Part shown: positions 40,501-56,303 of the stretch, piece by piece | Numbering within the stretch: the first letter of the stretch is position 1 | Layout of the letters: each line of letters begins with the position of its first letter | Assembly: GCA_951406725.2 (NCBI GenBank) | Contig: OX597831.1 | Location: 81,592,001 to 81,656,000, forward strand | Source: Octopus vulgaris | Taxonomy: Eukaryota | Reading direction: 5' to 3' | DNA length: 64,000 nt | Program-made: the position numbers and the translations under genes | The notes under the pieces: model-generated | Seen by the model: only the letters and a program-made list of their open reading frames with translations | Database searches by the model: none | Told to the model about the DNA's origin: nothing

Positions 40501-41660
40501 TTTGTGGTTGCAGTGGCTGCTGCATATACTAAGTCATTTAGCTCAGTGATATCGCTTTTTGTTTCAGTGGCTATTAGTTCCGTGACGGCTAGATTTATGC
40601 TGTTTATAATTGATGTTGTTGTTTTGTCTATTTTGATTTTTGGGAAGTATGGTCGGTGGTCCATTTTGAGATCTGTGTTTTTCAGTTCTTTGATTATTCT
40701 ACTTTTTATAGAATCATAATCATTAGGATCTCCTTCGTTGTTTCCAGGTTTTAGATTTGTGTCGCTTTCTTTCCCGTTCATATGTTTCTCTGTCGTGTTT
40801 TGGCTTGCTGCTTGTCGTGCATTATTATGCATCCTTACGGTCTGGGTTTGTTGTTTTTATTTACATCGTTTTTGTTGGAAATGTTACGTTTGTCTTCGTG
40901 TTTTACTATCTCAGTGTTTATATTATTTGGCATTGTTGTGTGGCTTCTATCTACATTTTCCTGATGTATTTTTTCTTTTAAATGTTCTATTTCTATTTCT
41001 GATATTTTTTTGCGTTGAGAATATATCTTCGTACGTTAGCTAGTTTATTAGGGTTCATAGCTGTATCCAAGTCTTTGTTTATGTTATTTTTCTTCCATGT
41101 TTTATATGTATATGTTGTTGTGTTTTCGTTCTTTGGGTGGAGCACTGCTGTAAAGTAAGCGTGTAGGATAGAAATGTATTCCTCACGTGTCCACTTATGC
41201 CTTTTTGGTTTTATTTGCGGGACATGAGGAACAACGTCGGGCCCATTAGTTTGACGGTCGTCATTTTCGTAGGGTACCAGTCCGTTCATTTCTGTTGTCA
41301 CATTGTTTTGCACGTGTAGTTTTTCGTACTTCTTGCGTAACAAATTTAAAGTACGTACTTCCCGATTGATATTCTTGGGTTGAATAATACCGGTATCATT
41401 TAATTTATTCGTAGATGATCTGTTGTTGATGGATCGTAATGTATCAAGCATGTTTAACATGATTGGAGATGATATCGAGTTAAAATACATCATTTCGTTT
41501 GGAAAATAGCAATAAATTTCAATGAGTATTACTTACTCGGATATAGTCCAATCCTTTACCAGTTATTTTTTGGCTCCATGCGATGTCTTTGTTTCCGATG
41601 TTTGTGGATATATTTCGGAGCACTGTTTTATCGCTCTCACATGTTAAACGTCCGCCGGTC
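37515..41660 (-). mobile_element. Near full-length R4/Dong-type RLE retrotransposon inserted in (TAA)n
   Basis: One frameshifted ORF with KWTREEY, NWKAPGHDKI, NYRPITCLPTMYK, WIDYRKAFDSIPH, GIFQGDTLPPLLF, LYMDDLK, CRICGDGQETINHIISDC and NRPDIVV...IDVSIP...EKLSKY. ATT arrays at 37447-37514 and 41661-41692. Confidence 0.95.
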
Positions 41661-41692
<32 letters not shown>

Positions 41693-41815
41693 GGGTGAAA
41701 GGGCAGTGCATGCCATCAAAGTGACTCTGGGGTAAAATATACGTCTGATAAGGGTACTTAAGGGACACTGGGGTAAAATACATGTCTGATGAGAGCACAC
41801 CAGGCACATGCATCA
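41693..41815 (-). mobile_element. Partial copy of the non-coding repeat at 42351-42905
   Basis: Shares GGGCAGTGCATGCCATCAAAGTGAC and has an internal duplication of GGGGTAAAATA...GTCTGAT. Confidence 0.75.
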
Positions 41816-42009
41816 GTTCTTTATTAACTACCTGTAGCAGTTTTTCTGTGCTGCTCCGTAAACCCTTTACTAGTCATTTTCTTTCCCTCTGTACATATTA
41901 TTCTCCAGCAATTAAGCCTCTTCTGCCCTGGTCTCTCCTCAAGTACAGCGCTTGATATCAGCTTTCGGATGGTGATCTGCATACCTCGTCAATTATTGTT
42001 GTTGTTGTT

Positions 42010-42350
<341 letters not shown>

Positions 42351-42905
42351 GAGTGAGAGGGCAGTGCATGCCATCAAAGTGACACTGGGGTAAAATATAC
42401 AAAGCCCAGTATACCCATCATGACTACCCGTCTGATAAGGGTACACTAGGCACATGTATCACAGCCATATGTGTGTGACATGGTGATCTTGTATCAAGAT
42501 AAACAGCACATAATCTTGCAGGTGGGGCCCAGTTAGAATTTTCTTCTTGTCGGGTAACCTATCCCGCCCAAAAGGTCCCTGAATAAGGGTTGTTTAAGGA
42601 TGTTGAACGAAACACCCATGTCTCCAGAGGTGAATTATTCAAACCCTGAAGAATTCCTCTCAACACATGGCTATGATGCACCCCCACTACTTCTGCTCGT
42701 GATCAGAGATGCACATATCGTCAGCCACCAAGGGACATGGTCAACTAGTTAAGGTCAAACAACTGACAAGCAAATCTGTGGTATTGAGCAGAATATATGC
42801 TGTAGTCCATCTTTTATACCAAGACAAGACGATGTACATGATAACACTTCCAATCAGTTAAGATCAGAAGCCACGAGAGGCAGTGACTGGTACTGCATCA
42901 GGGCA
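42351..42905 (-). mobile_element. Non-coding 555-bp repeat flanked by (TAA)n
   Basis: ATT repeats on both sides. Partial copies at 41693-41815 and 61465-61512. Confidence 0.65.
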
Positions 42906-42963
42906 TTTATTATTATTAGCTAGATAGATATATACATAGATAGATAGATAGATTGATAGATAC

Positions 42964-44067
<1,104 letters not shown>

Positions 44068-44072
44068 AAGAT

Positions 44073-44174
<102 letters not shown>

Positions 44175-44652
44175 CGATATAAGAATCGTGTGTAGATATG
44201 AACATTAAATAGTGGCTGCAGTAAATCAGTGTCGAAAGGAAATCAAATTCGATTGAGAATTTAGACAACTGTAAATGTTGAAATGAACGTCTTACCTCTG
44301 ATTGCAAGGTGTTATTTCCATGTTAAAGGTGTTATTGTTTCATTAAAAATAGTCATGTAGGTGTTATTCTTCGCAGAATATGACAGCCAAATACTTGATT
44401 ATTTTCGTATCAAACTCAAACATAAACACAGGTACAAAACAATCCTGCACACACGTACAGATGTATCAACACATGTAAACATACAAGGTGGACATGTTAC
44501 ATGGAAGGCATACCTTCATCTATGGCTATAACTATACACACACAGCATACATAGCATGCGTATATACATGTATATATATATAGATGTATAAACCTATACA
44601 TATATACAAGTATATGTATATGTGCATGTATTCACATATGTACATGTACATA

Positions 44653-44816
<164 letters not shown>

Positions 44817-44918
44817 TTGTTAATATTTATAATGCATAGCATTATATTCATATATATGTATATATTATATATATATGTATACACATCTACACACTCACAC
44901 ACGCACGCATACACACAT

Positions 44919-44995
<77 letters not shown>

Positions 44996-45644
44996 AACAT
45001 ATATATATATATACAAACATATATATATACAAACATATATACTATATATATGTGTGTCTGTGTCTCTGTGTGTGTATGTATTTATATATTTATTAAAGTA
45101 AGTATATATGATCATGCCTATATATAAACTACAACTGCATTTGCATATATATCATATAACAATTTATATAGCACAGAGATAGAAAAAAAACCTGCTTTAA
45201 TTGCAAATTACAGAATTTGCTTCTGCAACTGACCCCAGCTCCAAGCTGCTGAGTTTTTCTTCATAAAGCATTACATAAATTTATTCTATAAATTATTTAT
45301 ATAAATAGATATAATTCAGTAACAATCGTGTGGTGGCTCCTCAACAGGTAAAATAATCTTAGGCACTTCCGGATTCCTTTGATTTTCACTCTATTATGTG
45401 CTTACCCATAATCCATATCTCACTCTCTCGAGAAGTTCACAGACTCATACAAACTGCGCATATTTTGTAGCGAGACCCAAAATAAAAATTAGAAATAAAA
45501 TCATGAGAATATATATATTTTAAGGCCGCTTTTATTTTGTTTTATTATCATTATGTGTGTATGTATGTGTGTGTGTGTATGTATGTTTGTATGGATGTAT
45601 ATAAGAGACTATTGTAGTTCGCTGGAAGCATTGTGTACTGTTTG

Positions 45645-45696
45645 TGAAATGTAACGTGTCTGCATTGTTGTACCATTCCAGACACGTTACATTTCA
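45645..45696. repeat. Hairpin with perfect 18-bp stem
   Basis: TGAAATGTAACGTGTCTG / CAGACACGTTACATTTCA with a 16-nt loop. Confidence 0.85.
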
Positions 45697-45706
45697 TTTA
45701 TATATT

Positions 45707-45734
<28 letters not shown>

Positions 45735-45738
<4 letters not shown>

Positions 45739-46190
45739 CAAAATGGGACAAGAGCGCAAAACATCCAATTAGACGATACAAAAAACCTGGACGGGTCATT
45801 CGAAGCCTTTAATCTTCAGTCAAGAACCAGATCATCCTCGCAATTTCGGCTGATTAATCTTGAGATTGCTCCAATCTGGCCAGCCCCAAGGAAAAAACTA
45901 AGCTAAGAGCATTAGATTCCTTGGAAAAAGGATCGAATGTATACGAAACAAGTGCAGAAAAACGGACGATGTTACACGAATATAAGTACAAAAAAACAAT
46001 TATAATAATAATAACAGGACATAACAACAGGCGTCTTTCGACTGGAGACGAATTGAATTCAGCTGCCGTGTTGAGAATTAAGCCTTACGGTAGACGAAAA
46101 GTACGATGTTCCGTGGTCGTGGTCCGACGCAAAAGGGTTAGTAGTCGGCCAGCGGTCACGTGAGAAGAGAAGAGAGAGAAAAAGAGGAGC
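45735..46190. mobile_element. Unclassified non-coding repeat-like segment adjoining (TA)n
   Basis: Sharp start after (TA)n and A-rich skew like 11043-11440. No second copy in the window. Confidence 0.3.
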
Positions 46191-46429
46191 AAAGGTCTTC
46201 TTTGGGAAAATCCTATTTTCCCAAAGAACAAAGTGCAAAATGGTTAAGTTCACTAAGAAGATAGTGCATGGGTTCTTAGTAGAAAAGTGACAAACCATAG
46301 AATGAACTGACATAGAGAACCGACATCCGACTTCGGGGGCTACATCCATGCTCCTCAAGGACAAGAGATCGCCACCGTGTACCTATAGCATAAAAGCAGG
46401 AAACACTGACAGACAACAAATGTAGGCTG

Positions 46430-46930
46430 GGTCAAGATTGAGGTCAACAACTACATTATTGACAACTACGATAGAATGGTTTTCAGAGGTTATCTACTCG
46501 TGAGGCATGATGCAGTGGCCAGAAGAGTCTGGAATAGGATAGCAAAAAAGTAAACACCGACAGACAAAGTTGACTATACTAAGACCAATATGGTGGAACA
46601 ACCGGCTAGATATTGTTGTGCGGGGCCAGAAGAAAAAAAATATGTTCTGTTGTTGAAATCAGCTGTCCTCGGGATACGAATGTGGTTAGAAAAGTTCAAG
46701 AGAAAGAGAACGTCTGTGAACCATTGATAAGGAGTTTGCAAATCCAGTACCCAAGATACACTTTCAGCTTTATACATAATAATATTGCAGCAACAGGGTA
46801 TGTAGCAGCCAGTCTGGAGCAGATTATGGCCGAAGTTGGTTTGTTGGAGAGAAATCCTTAATTGATTCACCAGAAATGATCACGATATCTGGGACTGTAA
46901 AAATCTTCAAGACCTTCCTAAGATTGGAAG
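46430..46930 (+). pseudogene. RLE retrotransposon C-terminal fragment
   Basis: RHDAVARRVW, SVVEISCPRDTNVVRKVQEKENVCEPL and SGTVKIFKTFL. Confidence 0.7.
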
Positions 46931-48169
46931 GAAGAGGAACAACACAAGATGCACTCCTTCACAGATTTGGTATCAAATAGGGGATCCGGTCAGAATTAAC
47001 CCTAAATTACAGGACTACATACAGACATACATACATACATACATACATACATACATACATACAATACTTGCATGCATGCATACATACATACATACATACA
47101 TACATACATACATACATACATACATACATACATACATACATACATACATACATACATACATGCATACATACATACATACATACATACATACACGCATGCA
47201 CACACAAAAGATTTAAACGCTTTTAGATTGAGATATTACATCATACATTAACTACAATAATGATGATGATGGTGGTGCTGGTGATGACTACAATGTCGGC
47301 GTTAACGATTATGAGTACGGTGACAGCGGCGGCGGCGGCGACGGTGGTGGCGGTGGTGGTGGTGGTGGTGGTGGTGGTGGTGGTGGTGGTGGTGGTGGCG
47401 GCGGTGGTGGTGGTGGCGGTGGTGGTGGTGGGTGCAGGGGGAGGGGGAGCGGTAGCAACACAGTGACAAGACGAGGCCACAAAACGAAATCCCATTGTTA
47501 TATTTGAAGCGAGGTAATTAACTGACGATTGTTGGTGTATATAAAGATTATAATAAATTGCTACCGAATATACAGTCGTAATATATGGCCGTTAAGGTCA
47601 GCTTTATTTATTAAGCAACAATATTAACTATATTAGATTCTGTCACTTACGCGCTGCAACGTCTCCCCCTCCCCTCTACCTAGTTTCATACTTACGCAAC
47701 ATATGCATCTCTGTGTGTATATGTGTACATGTGTATATATGTATGTGTATATATATATATATATATACATACATACATACATACATACATATTTACATGC
47801 ATATATACATATATGCAGATATATGTATATACATACATATGTATATCTGTGTATATATATATATACATAAATATGTATATATACGCGCACACACACATAT
47901 ATGTATGTACATATGTATGTATGTACAAAAGAAAGCAGTGAAAGTAATTTAGAGATTGTTCAGCTATCAATTACAAACGCCCTCCATATGCTATTATGGA
48001 TCAATAAAATTAATTTGGGTCAACGTCTCAAAGCTAAAACACCAGCACCAGCTTTTGCCAGTTTATGACCAGTACACACACTGTGCTAGGACCGCCGTAT
48101 ATGGACACACACATCCGCATACACACACACGCGCCCTTTGCGCTATACTGATAAACAGACAGACAGGTT

Positions 48170-48430
<261 letters not shown>

Positions 48431-48433
<3 letters not shown>

Positions 48434-51400
48434 TGTTTCTTTATTAGCCACACAGGGCTGCACACAGACGGGACAAATTACAAAGTAGATCTTTTCTTTT
48501 TCGGGAAAAAAAAAGGTGGGTTAGGTTTTCGATCAAAAGGAATCGTAAAAGGGAAAGAAGAAGAAAAAAAAGAAAAGTAAAAGAAACAAAAGAAAAGAAA
48601 AAGGAAAAACGAAGGGGAAAAATTATCAATAGGGATCGTGTATCACAATGTCATGATGTAAGGTGTAAAGGGGGAAGTAGATAAGGTGTATCCGTGGGAA
48701 GAAAAGCCTACGGAAAAGACCACGGTAACCTCGGTCAATATTGTTACATGTTACCACATTTATTTGTAAGTAGGTAACCCTCTGTTTTAAATTTCCGGGT
48801 TCATAGGATTATGCTCAAGGTGGCTTCGTCATTCATACGTGCCATCCTTGCTACATTCACCCATCTTTTTTAAAACATTCGCTAGACAAAACTTGCCTCT
48901 CTACTCTCACTTTCCTCCTCAAGTGATACTTGAAGAAGTTGATGAGAGATTGACCAGAGAGGAAAGTGTTTGTCTCCAATCCTTTCAGACGCGTCCACCA
49001 GATACATTCTTTCGCCATAGCGTCAAGGATGATGAAAATAGCTCTTCCTTCCCGTTTGAAGGAAAGAGGCGTGACAATATTAACGATAGACTCGGCTGAT
49101 AAACTGACACGTCCCACACGTGACAGCAGTTGTTCGACATAAGCCTACAGGTCGGAAATTGTTGGACACTGCACGACTGCATGCAGAACGGTTTCGTCGC
49201 TCTGATCGCATCTCGTACAGGTCAGCCCCGTGTTTCTCGAGCCATGCCTATAGAGCTTATCCCGAGCGGGTATCGCTTCTCGGTAGCACTGCCAGGCCAG
49301 GGATTTCTGGAAGTTGTCCATAGGTCCCGGCCCGAAAGTCGTCTTAAACAGGCAGGTCAGGTATTCCTCGTCGACGTCCAAGTTCGCCCCGAGCTCATCG
49401 TCGTACCTTCCCTCTACTAATCCCCTATAGAATGCTTGGGTTGTGTTGAAGTCACTCGAGGTCGACCCGGGACGGCATAGTTGAGAGCAACGCGACACTC
49501 GCGGTACCATTCGGCTTTTCTCGACCTCTTTTTGATCCACGACTGCAGTTCGGTCATGGAGACGAGTTGGAAAAGCGTGTCTCACAAACGGTGACCACAC
49601 CTGTTCACCGTCGTCTACGTAGAGCCTGAGATGTCGCAGTCTCAGCGCATGTCTGCGCATCATCAACCACGGCATGCCCAGTCCTCCTTTTAACGGGTGT
49701 TGACAGCAAATGGATCGCCTGACCATCGGGACGCATCCTTTCCACAAGAAGCGAAAGAGAATGCGTTCTAGTTTGGTGATGGTAGGGTCGGGACAAGGCA
49801 CGACGGTCAGGCGGTAGTAGATGATGGACGCGATGTACGAGTTCGCCACCTCAGCCCGGCCTTTTATGGACAGCTTTCTCTCGGCCCATTGCCAGGCGAG
49901 AGTGACCACCCTACTCGTTATCTCGTTCCAGTTTTTCTCCATTTGGAGGTCCAGACCAAACCAGACCCCAAGCAATTCGACCGGACCGTCGGTCCAGCGT
50001 CCCACGACCGAGGCACTGGTGGACGGCATGTGCTTGCTTCTCCAGATAACGAGTCGCAAGCCCACTGATTCTTCCCGGTTGATTTTAGCTCCTGTCACCG
50101 CTTCGTAGTCTTTCAGTGTCTCGCCGACCAGCTCGATGTGCTCGTGGCTAGACACTATGACGGTGACGTCGTTCGCGTATGCAGACACGCTCGTCCCGCA
50201 TCTCAATTCTCGCAGGATGCCCCTCAGAGTTGCCAGCTTCCGCAATAATGGCTCGAGAGTCAATACGTATAGAAGTGACGAGAGGGGGCATCCCTGACGG
50301 ACCGAACGTGCGATGTCGAAGGGTCTCGATAGTTGTCCATTTACGCGAATTACCGAACGGATGCCTCTGTACAAAGCGGCTATCTAACCGCGGAAGACGG
50401 GACCGAAACCAGCCGCTCTGAGGACAGCCTCCAATTATTGGTGATCTACCCTATCGAGAGCTTTCGATTGATCCAAATTGATCAGCGCCCCACCCATGCC
50501 AGGTTCCTTAACTACCCCGTCTATGATGTAGCGCATCAGGTGGAGGTTGTCATGGATTCTCCGGCTCGGCACGGCGCACGTTTGCGCCTTGTCGACCAGT
50601 TTTACGATGACAAGTGCCAACCTCTTGGCTAACACCTTGGCCAAAATTTTCAAGTCTGCATTAAGTAGAGTGATGGGCCTAAAGTTATCTATTACATTCC
50701 CTTTGTTTAGATTTTTCTTCAGCAGTGTTACGGCTCCTCGGCTCACAAAACCAGTTGCTGCCAGTTGCAGTACACCGCTGCCAAGGCGTCTCCAAACAAG
50801 TCTGGCATACAACTGTAAAGCTCGTAGGGTAGACCATCCAAACCCGGCGATTTGTCCCTCGAGCATTCTGCCATCGCGTCCTGCACTTCCGCCGCCGTAA
50901 TGGCACCTTTGCAGCGTCCTGCCTCTCTTGTCGAGAGTCGTGGTAGGCTGTGTAGGTAGGCACTGAAGTCCACCCTACGTTCTTACCCGCCACTCGTCCC
51001 GTACATTCGGGCAAAATGCTGTTGAAAGGCCTCACACATTTTACTTGGCTCGAGCAATTCGCGCCCTTGTTCATATACCAAAGACCGAATGGTGGCTTTG
51101 TTGCTCTGTTGCGCCTCTTCCACCAGGGCCTCTCTCGCGGCTCCAACACCTTCGTTCCTTAGAGCACGTATCCTAGCTCTGACAACACACCTTTCGTGTT
51201 TGGTGTTGAAGTGTTGGTCGAGGGCCAACCTCACCGCCAAAACGTCGGATGCGATGCCGCTTCTAATTGCCTCTTCTAGCTTCTTAACTAGCTCACCCTC
51301 TACTCTGTTTCTATCTATGACTAGTGCTTTGCTGTACCTAATCGTTTCTGCTTTTACTGCTCTCTTGAGGGCAAACCACCATTTGTTGTTGATGATGGCT

Positions 51401-53350
51401 CTCGTCAAAGCCCTCTTTACTAATCCGGTCTCTGAAAACCTGTCTCGATGGGAAAGACGCGTTTAGTTTCCAGTATCCGGGACCCTGCCTATATGTCTTA
51501 CCTAAGTCTAGCGTACATGTCACAAGTTTGTGATCCGTGTAGCTATGTGGAATTGTGGACATCCTACGCTATCTCTATCTACTGTCCTACACATTATCCT
51601 ATCAAGATACGAACTCGACGACCCGATGCGTTTGCTCCATGTCCATGATGGCGCATTCAGGTGGTCTAGTCGGTATCTGCCAGACAGTTGAAAGCGTCTG
51701 AGCAGGTCTCTGAGGCATTTGCATCCCCGTCTATTCCTATCTCTTCCCACGTAGTCTACATGCGTGTCCAAGGTAGCATTCCAATCCCCAACTAAGAGTA
51801 AAGGACGAGACGTTCCCAAGAATACTTCTAGACGTTGAAAGAAATCCGCCCGACCTGTTAAAGGCGGTGCGTAGACTGATACGAGTCGAAAAGCGCACCC
51901 ATTGCTGCCGTCGACATCCAGGACGACCATTCTACCCTCCGGGTCTACGAATATTGTCTTTACTTTGAGATCCAGACTCTTGCGAAAAAGTACCGCGGTG
52001 CCACTAACGCCCATTCTTGGCAGACAGGGGGGAAAATAAATGTTGAACTGTCCGCCAAACATGGTCTTTAGGGCCCGCGGGTTGTGGAGTCTGATCTTAC
52101 TTATGGCTATGATTTCTAACTTGTGTGACTTTATGTCATTTAAGAGGTACCCTTGTTTCCAAGAGGACCCGAAGCTACGCGCATTTACACAACCAATCTT
52201 GATCATAATCCTAGTGAATTAGAATACAAGCGAAAGGAACAGAGGGTTACTTACTGCTCGAAAGTTTTTGCTTTCTTCTCCTTTGGTTTGCCTTCGAGGA
52301 GTTCCTAGTAAATTTCTTCGTGAGGTATTTTTGGCATTTACCAACTGCACTGGGGAAAATGCCTTTTAGTGTGTGGTGCAGACTTCTGGAAATATGTAGT
52401 ATTTTGATGTGATCCGGTGGTATTGTGTATGGGTGATTGTTTGTTTTTATGTCATCTTCTGTTATGTTTGCTTTTGATTGGATGTATTCCATCAAATTTG
52501 TGTTTTTGGTGTCTATAGCTGTGAGCATGTTTGCTGTATATATTTTTGAGGTGTTGGTGTGGCTGTTGTTTGTGGTGGGTTTCGAAATGCCTTCGGGAGA
52601 TGTATTTCGCCCTGCTTTGTTCGTGTTTGCATTTGGTTTGGTTGTGTTTCTGCTCTTTTTTTCTCTTCCTTTTCTAGCTATTTGCCATTCCTCACTGGTT
52701 TCGTCTTCCGACGAATTTTCTGAGGAATCAGAAGGAGGTAGGGGTATGTTGTAGGCTTCTATTTATGTCTGTGTAAGTGGTTGTGTTGTTGTTTTCGTTG
52801 CTGTTGGTTGTTGAGTGTTTGTGTGTGGTGAGTTCGGTATAGGGGATGGGGAATCAGTTTTTGTATATTTTTTTGTTTTTCTGTTCCTTTGGTTCTTGCT
52901 GTTGTTGGTATTTTCTCAGGTGTTGTATAATTTTTGGTTGTTGATGGATTGGCTTGGTGTGCTTCTCTTGTCGTCTTCTGTGTTGATGGTGGTGTTGGTA
53001 GTGGTGCTTTTTTCTCGGAGTGTTTTGGTTGTGGTAGTGGTTGTTGTTGCTCTTGTTTTGCAGTGGTTGGACACTTCTTTTGCAAATGTGTTTCGCTTCC
53101 GCACAAATAGCAACGTGGTCGACTGCCACTACATAGATTTTGTAGCCTTCTGGCAGTTCTATTGTGGTGGGCATCTTTCCTCTTGTTTCATCCAATTGAA
53201 GGAGGAATTGGATTGATTTTCCACCCAGTTTTTCTCTTCTAGAACAGCGATTTCAAGAATGTTTGTCTCTGCCATTTCAAAGCAGGTGGCAGAGACTAAC
53301 CATTGTATTTCGACTTCAGGTGGTACATTTTTTATTTGGACTTGCCGCCT
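48431..53350 (-). mobile_element. Tx1-clade LINE, 5'-truncated in ORF1, with frameshifted complete ORF2
   Basis: ORF1 CGSETHLQKKC. APE IKIGCVNARS, LVGDWNAT, YLDRIM and TDHKLV. RT KSPGLDGLPYE, NFRPITLLNADLKILAK, LDQSKALDRVDH, SVRQGCPLSSLLY and SAYANDV. C-terminal CTRC...HAVVQC. Confidence 0.95.
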
Positions 53351-53396
<46 letters not shown>

Positions 53397-53610
53397 TAAT
53401 AATATTAATCGTGATTTTTTTCTTCTTCTTCCCCCTCTTCTTCTTCTTCTTCTTCCCCTCTTCTTCCCCTCTTCTTCTTCTTCTTCTTCTTCTCCCTCTT
53501 CTTCTTTTAATTCTTCTTCTTCTTCTTCTTCTTCTTCTTCTTCTTCTTCTTCTTCTTCTTCTTCTTCTTCTTCTTCTTCCCCCTCTTCTCTCTCTCTCTC
53601 TCTCTCTCTT
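53351..53610. repeat. (TAA)n, (TTC)n and (CT)n
   Basis: Directly visible. Confidence 0.95.
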
Positions 53611-54329
53611 CCCTTCCTTCCCATCAGGAAGTGTTTTTAGATATAAGATATTTGAAAACTTCATACCTGTGTGAAATTCTGGAGCGAACACCTGATTTAG
53701 AATTCCGTTGTAACATACAATGACATAACAACAATAGAGCTCACGTGATAGCCACATGCACCTAGACACACAGTAAGGCAGAGTGTTACTGGTATACAAA
53801 GGTTCAGAATATCCTGGGGACTAGGAAACGGAGCTGTATTTCTCTCCTAGAGTTAAATCTGTTCTTTGCAAGGTCAGCGCGTTTTATTGATGCCAACATT
53901 TATTACAACCAAATTCTAGATATTCGTTGACATCCAAATAGAAAGAAAATTACGCAACATAAAACCGTAAACTGCGTCTGTTATTGGCGGTGGAGAAGGG
54001 GACGATGAGCTGAATCGAAGGACAACTTTAATGTGTTATTAATAATAAACACCAAAAACGTCCGTCATCAACAAACCAATAATTCTTTGAAATATATTCC
54101 AAGAGTCATCGTTGTTTATTTTATATTAAAATCTGTTTGCTTTTTCTCTTGGCCTTCTGGTTACTGCTGTTGTTATGCGGTATCATTATGGTATTGTTAT
54201 CGTTTTCACACAACAATGAGAAAAATTAATACGACACCTGCTGTAGTAGTGTTCTGGCTTGCAACACAAGTGTGTGTGTGTGTGTGTGTGTGTGTTAATT
54301 CTTTTAATCTATCATACTTTCCCCTCAAA

Positions 54330-54872
54330 AGACTGCCACCATACTGGGGGCACCGCCAGTATTATCACCTTCTCAATGGCCATTCTTTTGCGACTGAGTT
54401 TGGTGAAGGAAGGAATTTGATATTGCTGACCTTTCTTGAGTTTCTTGCCGTGATGTAGATTCATCTGGGACCTTGAGCAGCTGGAGGTTAAGCTGATTCT
54501 TGGAAACACCTACCCTCCCTTCATGTAGCTCTTTCAGATTTTTTGGTAAGATATTAAATAGCTGTGGGCTTTGAATCCCAAGTTTTTGCAGTACCTGGTC
54601 CTCTCTTTAGACGGGATACAGGTGACCTTTGAAAGAGTGCATTGACATGCAGTTCGGAAGCTGGTATAACACTCGATGCCAAAGTTTGGTGCAGACATAA
54701 ATACATATAAATATATATACATATGTGTGTAGGTATATATGTATATATATATATATGTATTTATGTCTGCAACAAACTTTGGCATCGAGTGTTATACCAG
54801 CTTCCGAACTGCATGTCAATGCACTCTTTCAAAGGTCACCTGTATCCCGTCTAAAGAGAGGACCAGGTACTG

Positions 54873-54906
<34 letters not shown>

Positions 54907-55760
54907 AAAGTATAGTATCCCTACTTCGATGGTTCATATAACTCTCGATGCCAAAGTTTTGTACCAATCCTATTAGGATCCTCCATATGTATATCTCAGC
55001 AAATATCTCCCGTCTTCGCTCCAGGGAGTAGAGTCGTAACTCTTTCCCGGTAGCCCAGCTATCCCATTGATTTAAGTTTTCTGCCTAAAGTTCCGCGATT
55101 CATTTGACACTGCGAGGAGAGACCACAGTTGAGAGAAGTAGTCCAGGCGACTGAGGACAAATATCATCCAATCATCCATAGAGCCAGTATGGTTTCCTAG
55201 TCTCTTGTTCGGAAAGGTCTCAGAATCCATCCGTCCATCCGACTACACATTGCAACTATCTTGTTGGTATGTTCATAAAACGAGGTGTCTTTGCTCATAT
55301 CAACAATCTCCACATCACACACTGTACTTGATTCTGGGATTGACGCTCCTTTGGGTCCAAAGTAATTTTCGTTTTATGACATGTTAGCACAAGATGGCTG
55401 ACAGCGGAAGGCTTGGAATTTTCATGCATTAAATTGCATGTTTTTATCTTCAGCCCATTTATATTTTCATGAAGGTCTTTCTGTAGATTAGTATCGAAAG
55501 GTTCGTAGACTTTTGTAACGTCGGCATAACTTGTAAGTGTGGATGTCTGTGTAACTGATGGTATGTCCGAGAAAGCAACTGTAAACTGGTGCGTCGCCAA
55601 GAGAGTTAACTGAGAGGCACTTCAGTCGCTATTACTGTCACCCTCGAGAGGGACCCGTTCGCTACTACAGCGTAGCTTCTTTTAGGAAATCATGCTACCA
55701 TTCTTCCAGTTTTCCAATTATTCCAAGTACTTTTTTTGTTGATCTTACCATCACGGAACA
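54330..55760 (-). mobile_element. Decayed CR1-like LINE containing an inverted duplication
   Basis: LTSYADVTKV, RLDYFSQLWSP, LYSLERRRE, VQNFGIESY and TRYCKNLGFKAHS. Confidence 0.8.
54586..54875. repeat. Inverted duplication with about 124-bp arms and a TA-rich spacer
   Basis: 54586-54709 against the reverse complement of 54752-54875. One mismatch seen. Confidence 0.92.
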
Positions 55761-55775
55761 GTACATTATGTGTGT

Positions 55776-55850
<75 letters not shown>

Positions 55851-56113
55851 CGTGCGTGTGTGAGTGTCTGTAGTTTATGTTTTAAGAATTTAGAAAGTTC
55901 AAGGAACGTGAAATATGTAGCAAAAAATACTCTGTATTAAAGAGGTGCGAACAAGTCGAAACATCGAAATCAGTCAACTTTTTCCTTCTGAATATCAGGG
56001 GGAAAATTCTATGGAGAGTTTGATACTCACCTGGTATTGCGTGGTTGTGCAAATTAGCTCTTCCTAAGAAGGTGCCTTAATTAAACTACCTAATCCAACA
56101 GAATCTAAATTAC

Positions 56114-56165
<52 letters not shown>

Positions 56166-56264
56166 CATATATATATATACATATATTATACATATATATA
56201 TATACATTCATGTATAACTTTATATGTGTATATATTTATGTGCAAGTATTAAGTCTATATATGT

Positions 56265-56303
56265 TCAGCAGTGATAGCAGAGACTCGAAACTCGGAGTAC
56301 TGA
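56265..56303 (+). ncRNA. Degenerate hammerhead relic
   Basis: UCAG-[CAGUGAUAG]CAGAGACUC-GAAA-CUCGGAG-UA-CUGA. Stems I and III are present and the core is decayed. Confidence 0.4.

Noticed and set aside
45795-45850. Permuted hammerhead on the minus strand (GAAA...CUGAAGA), with a similar arrangement at 11165-11210
   Set aside because: Stems I and III could not be built convincingly, and the 11.2-kb copy lacks GAAA.
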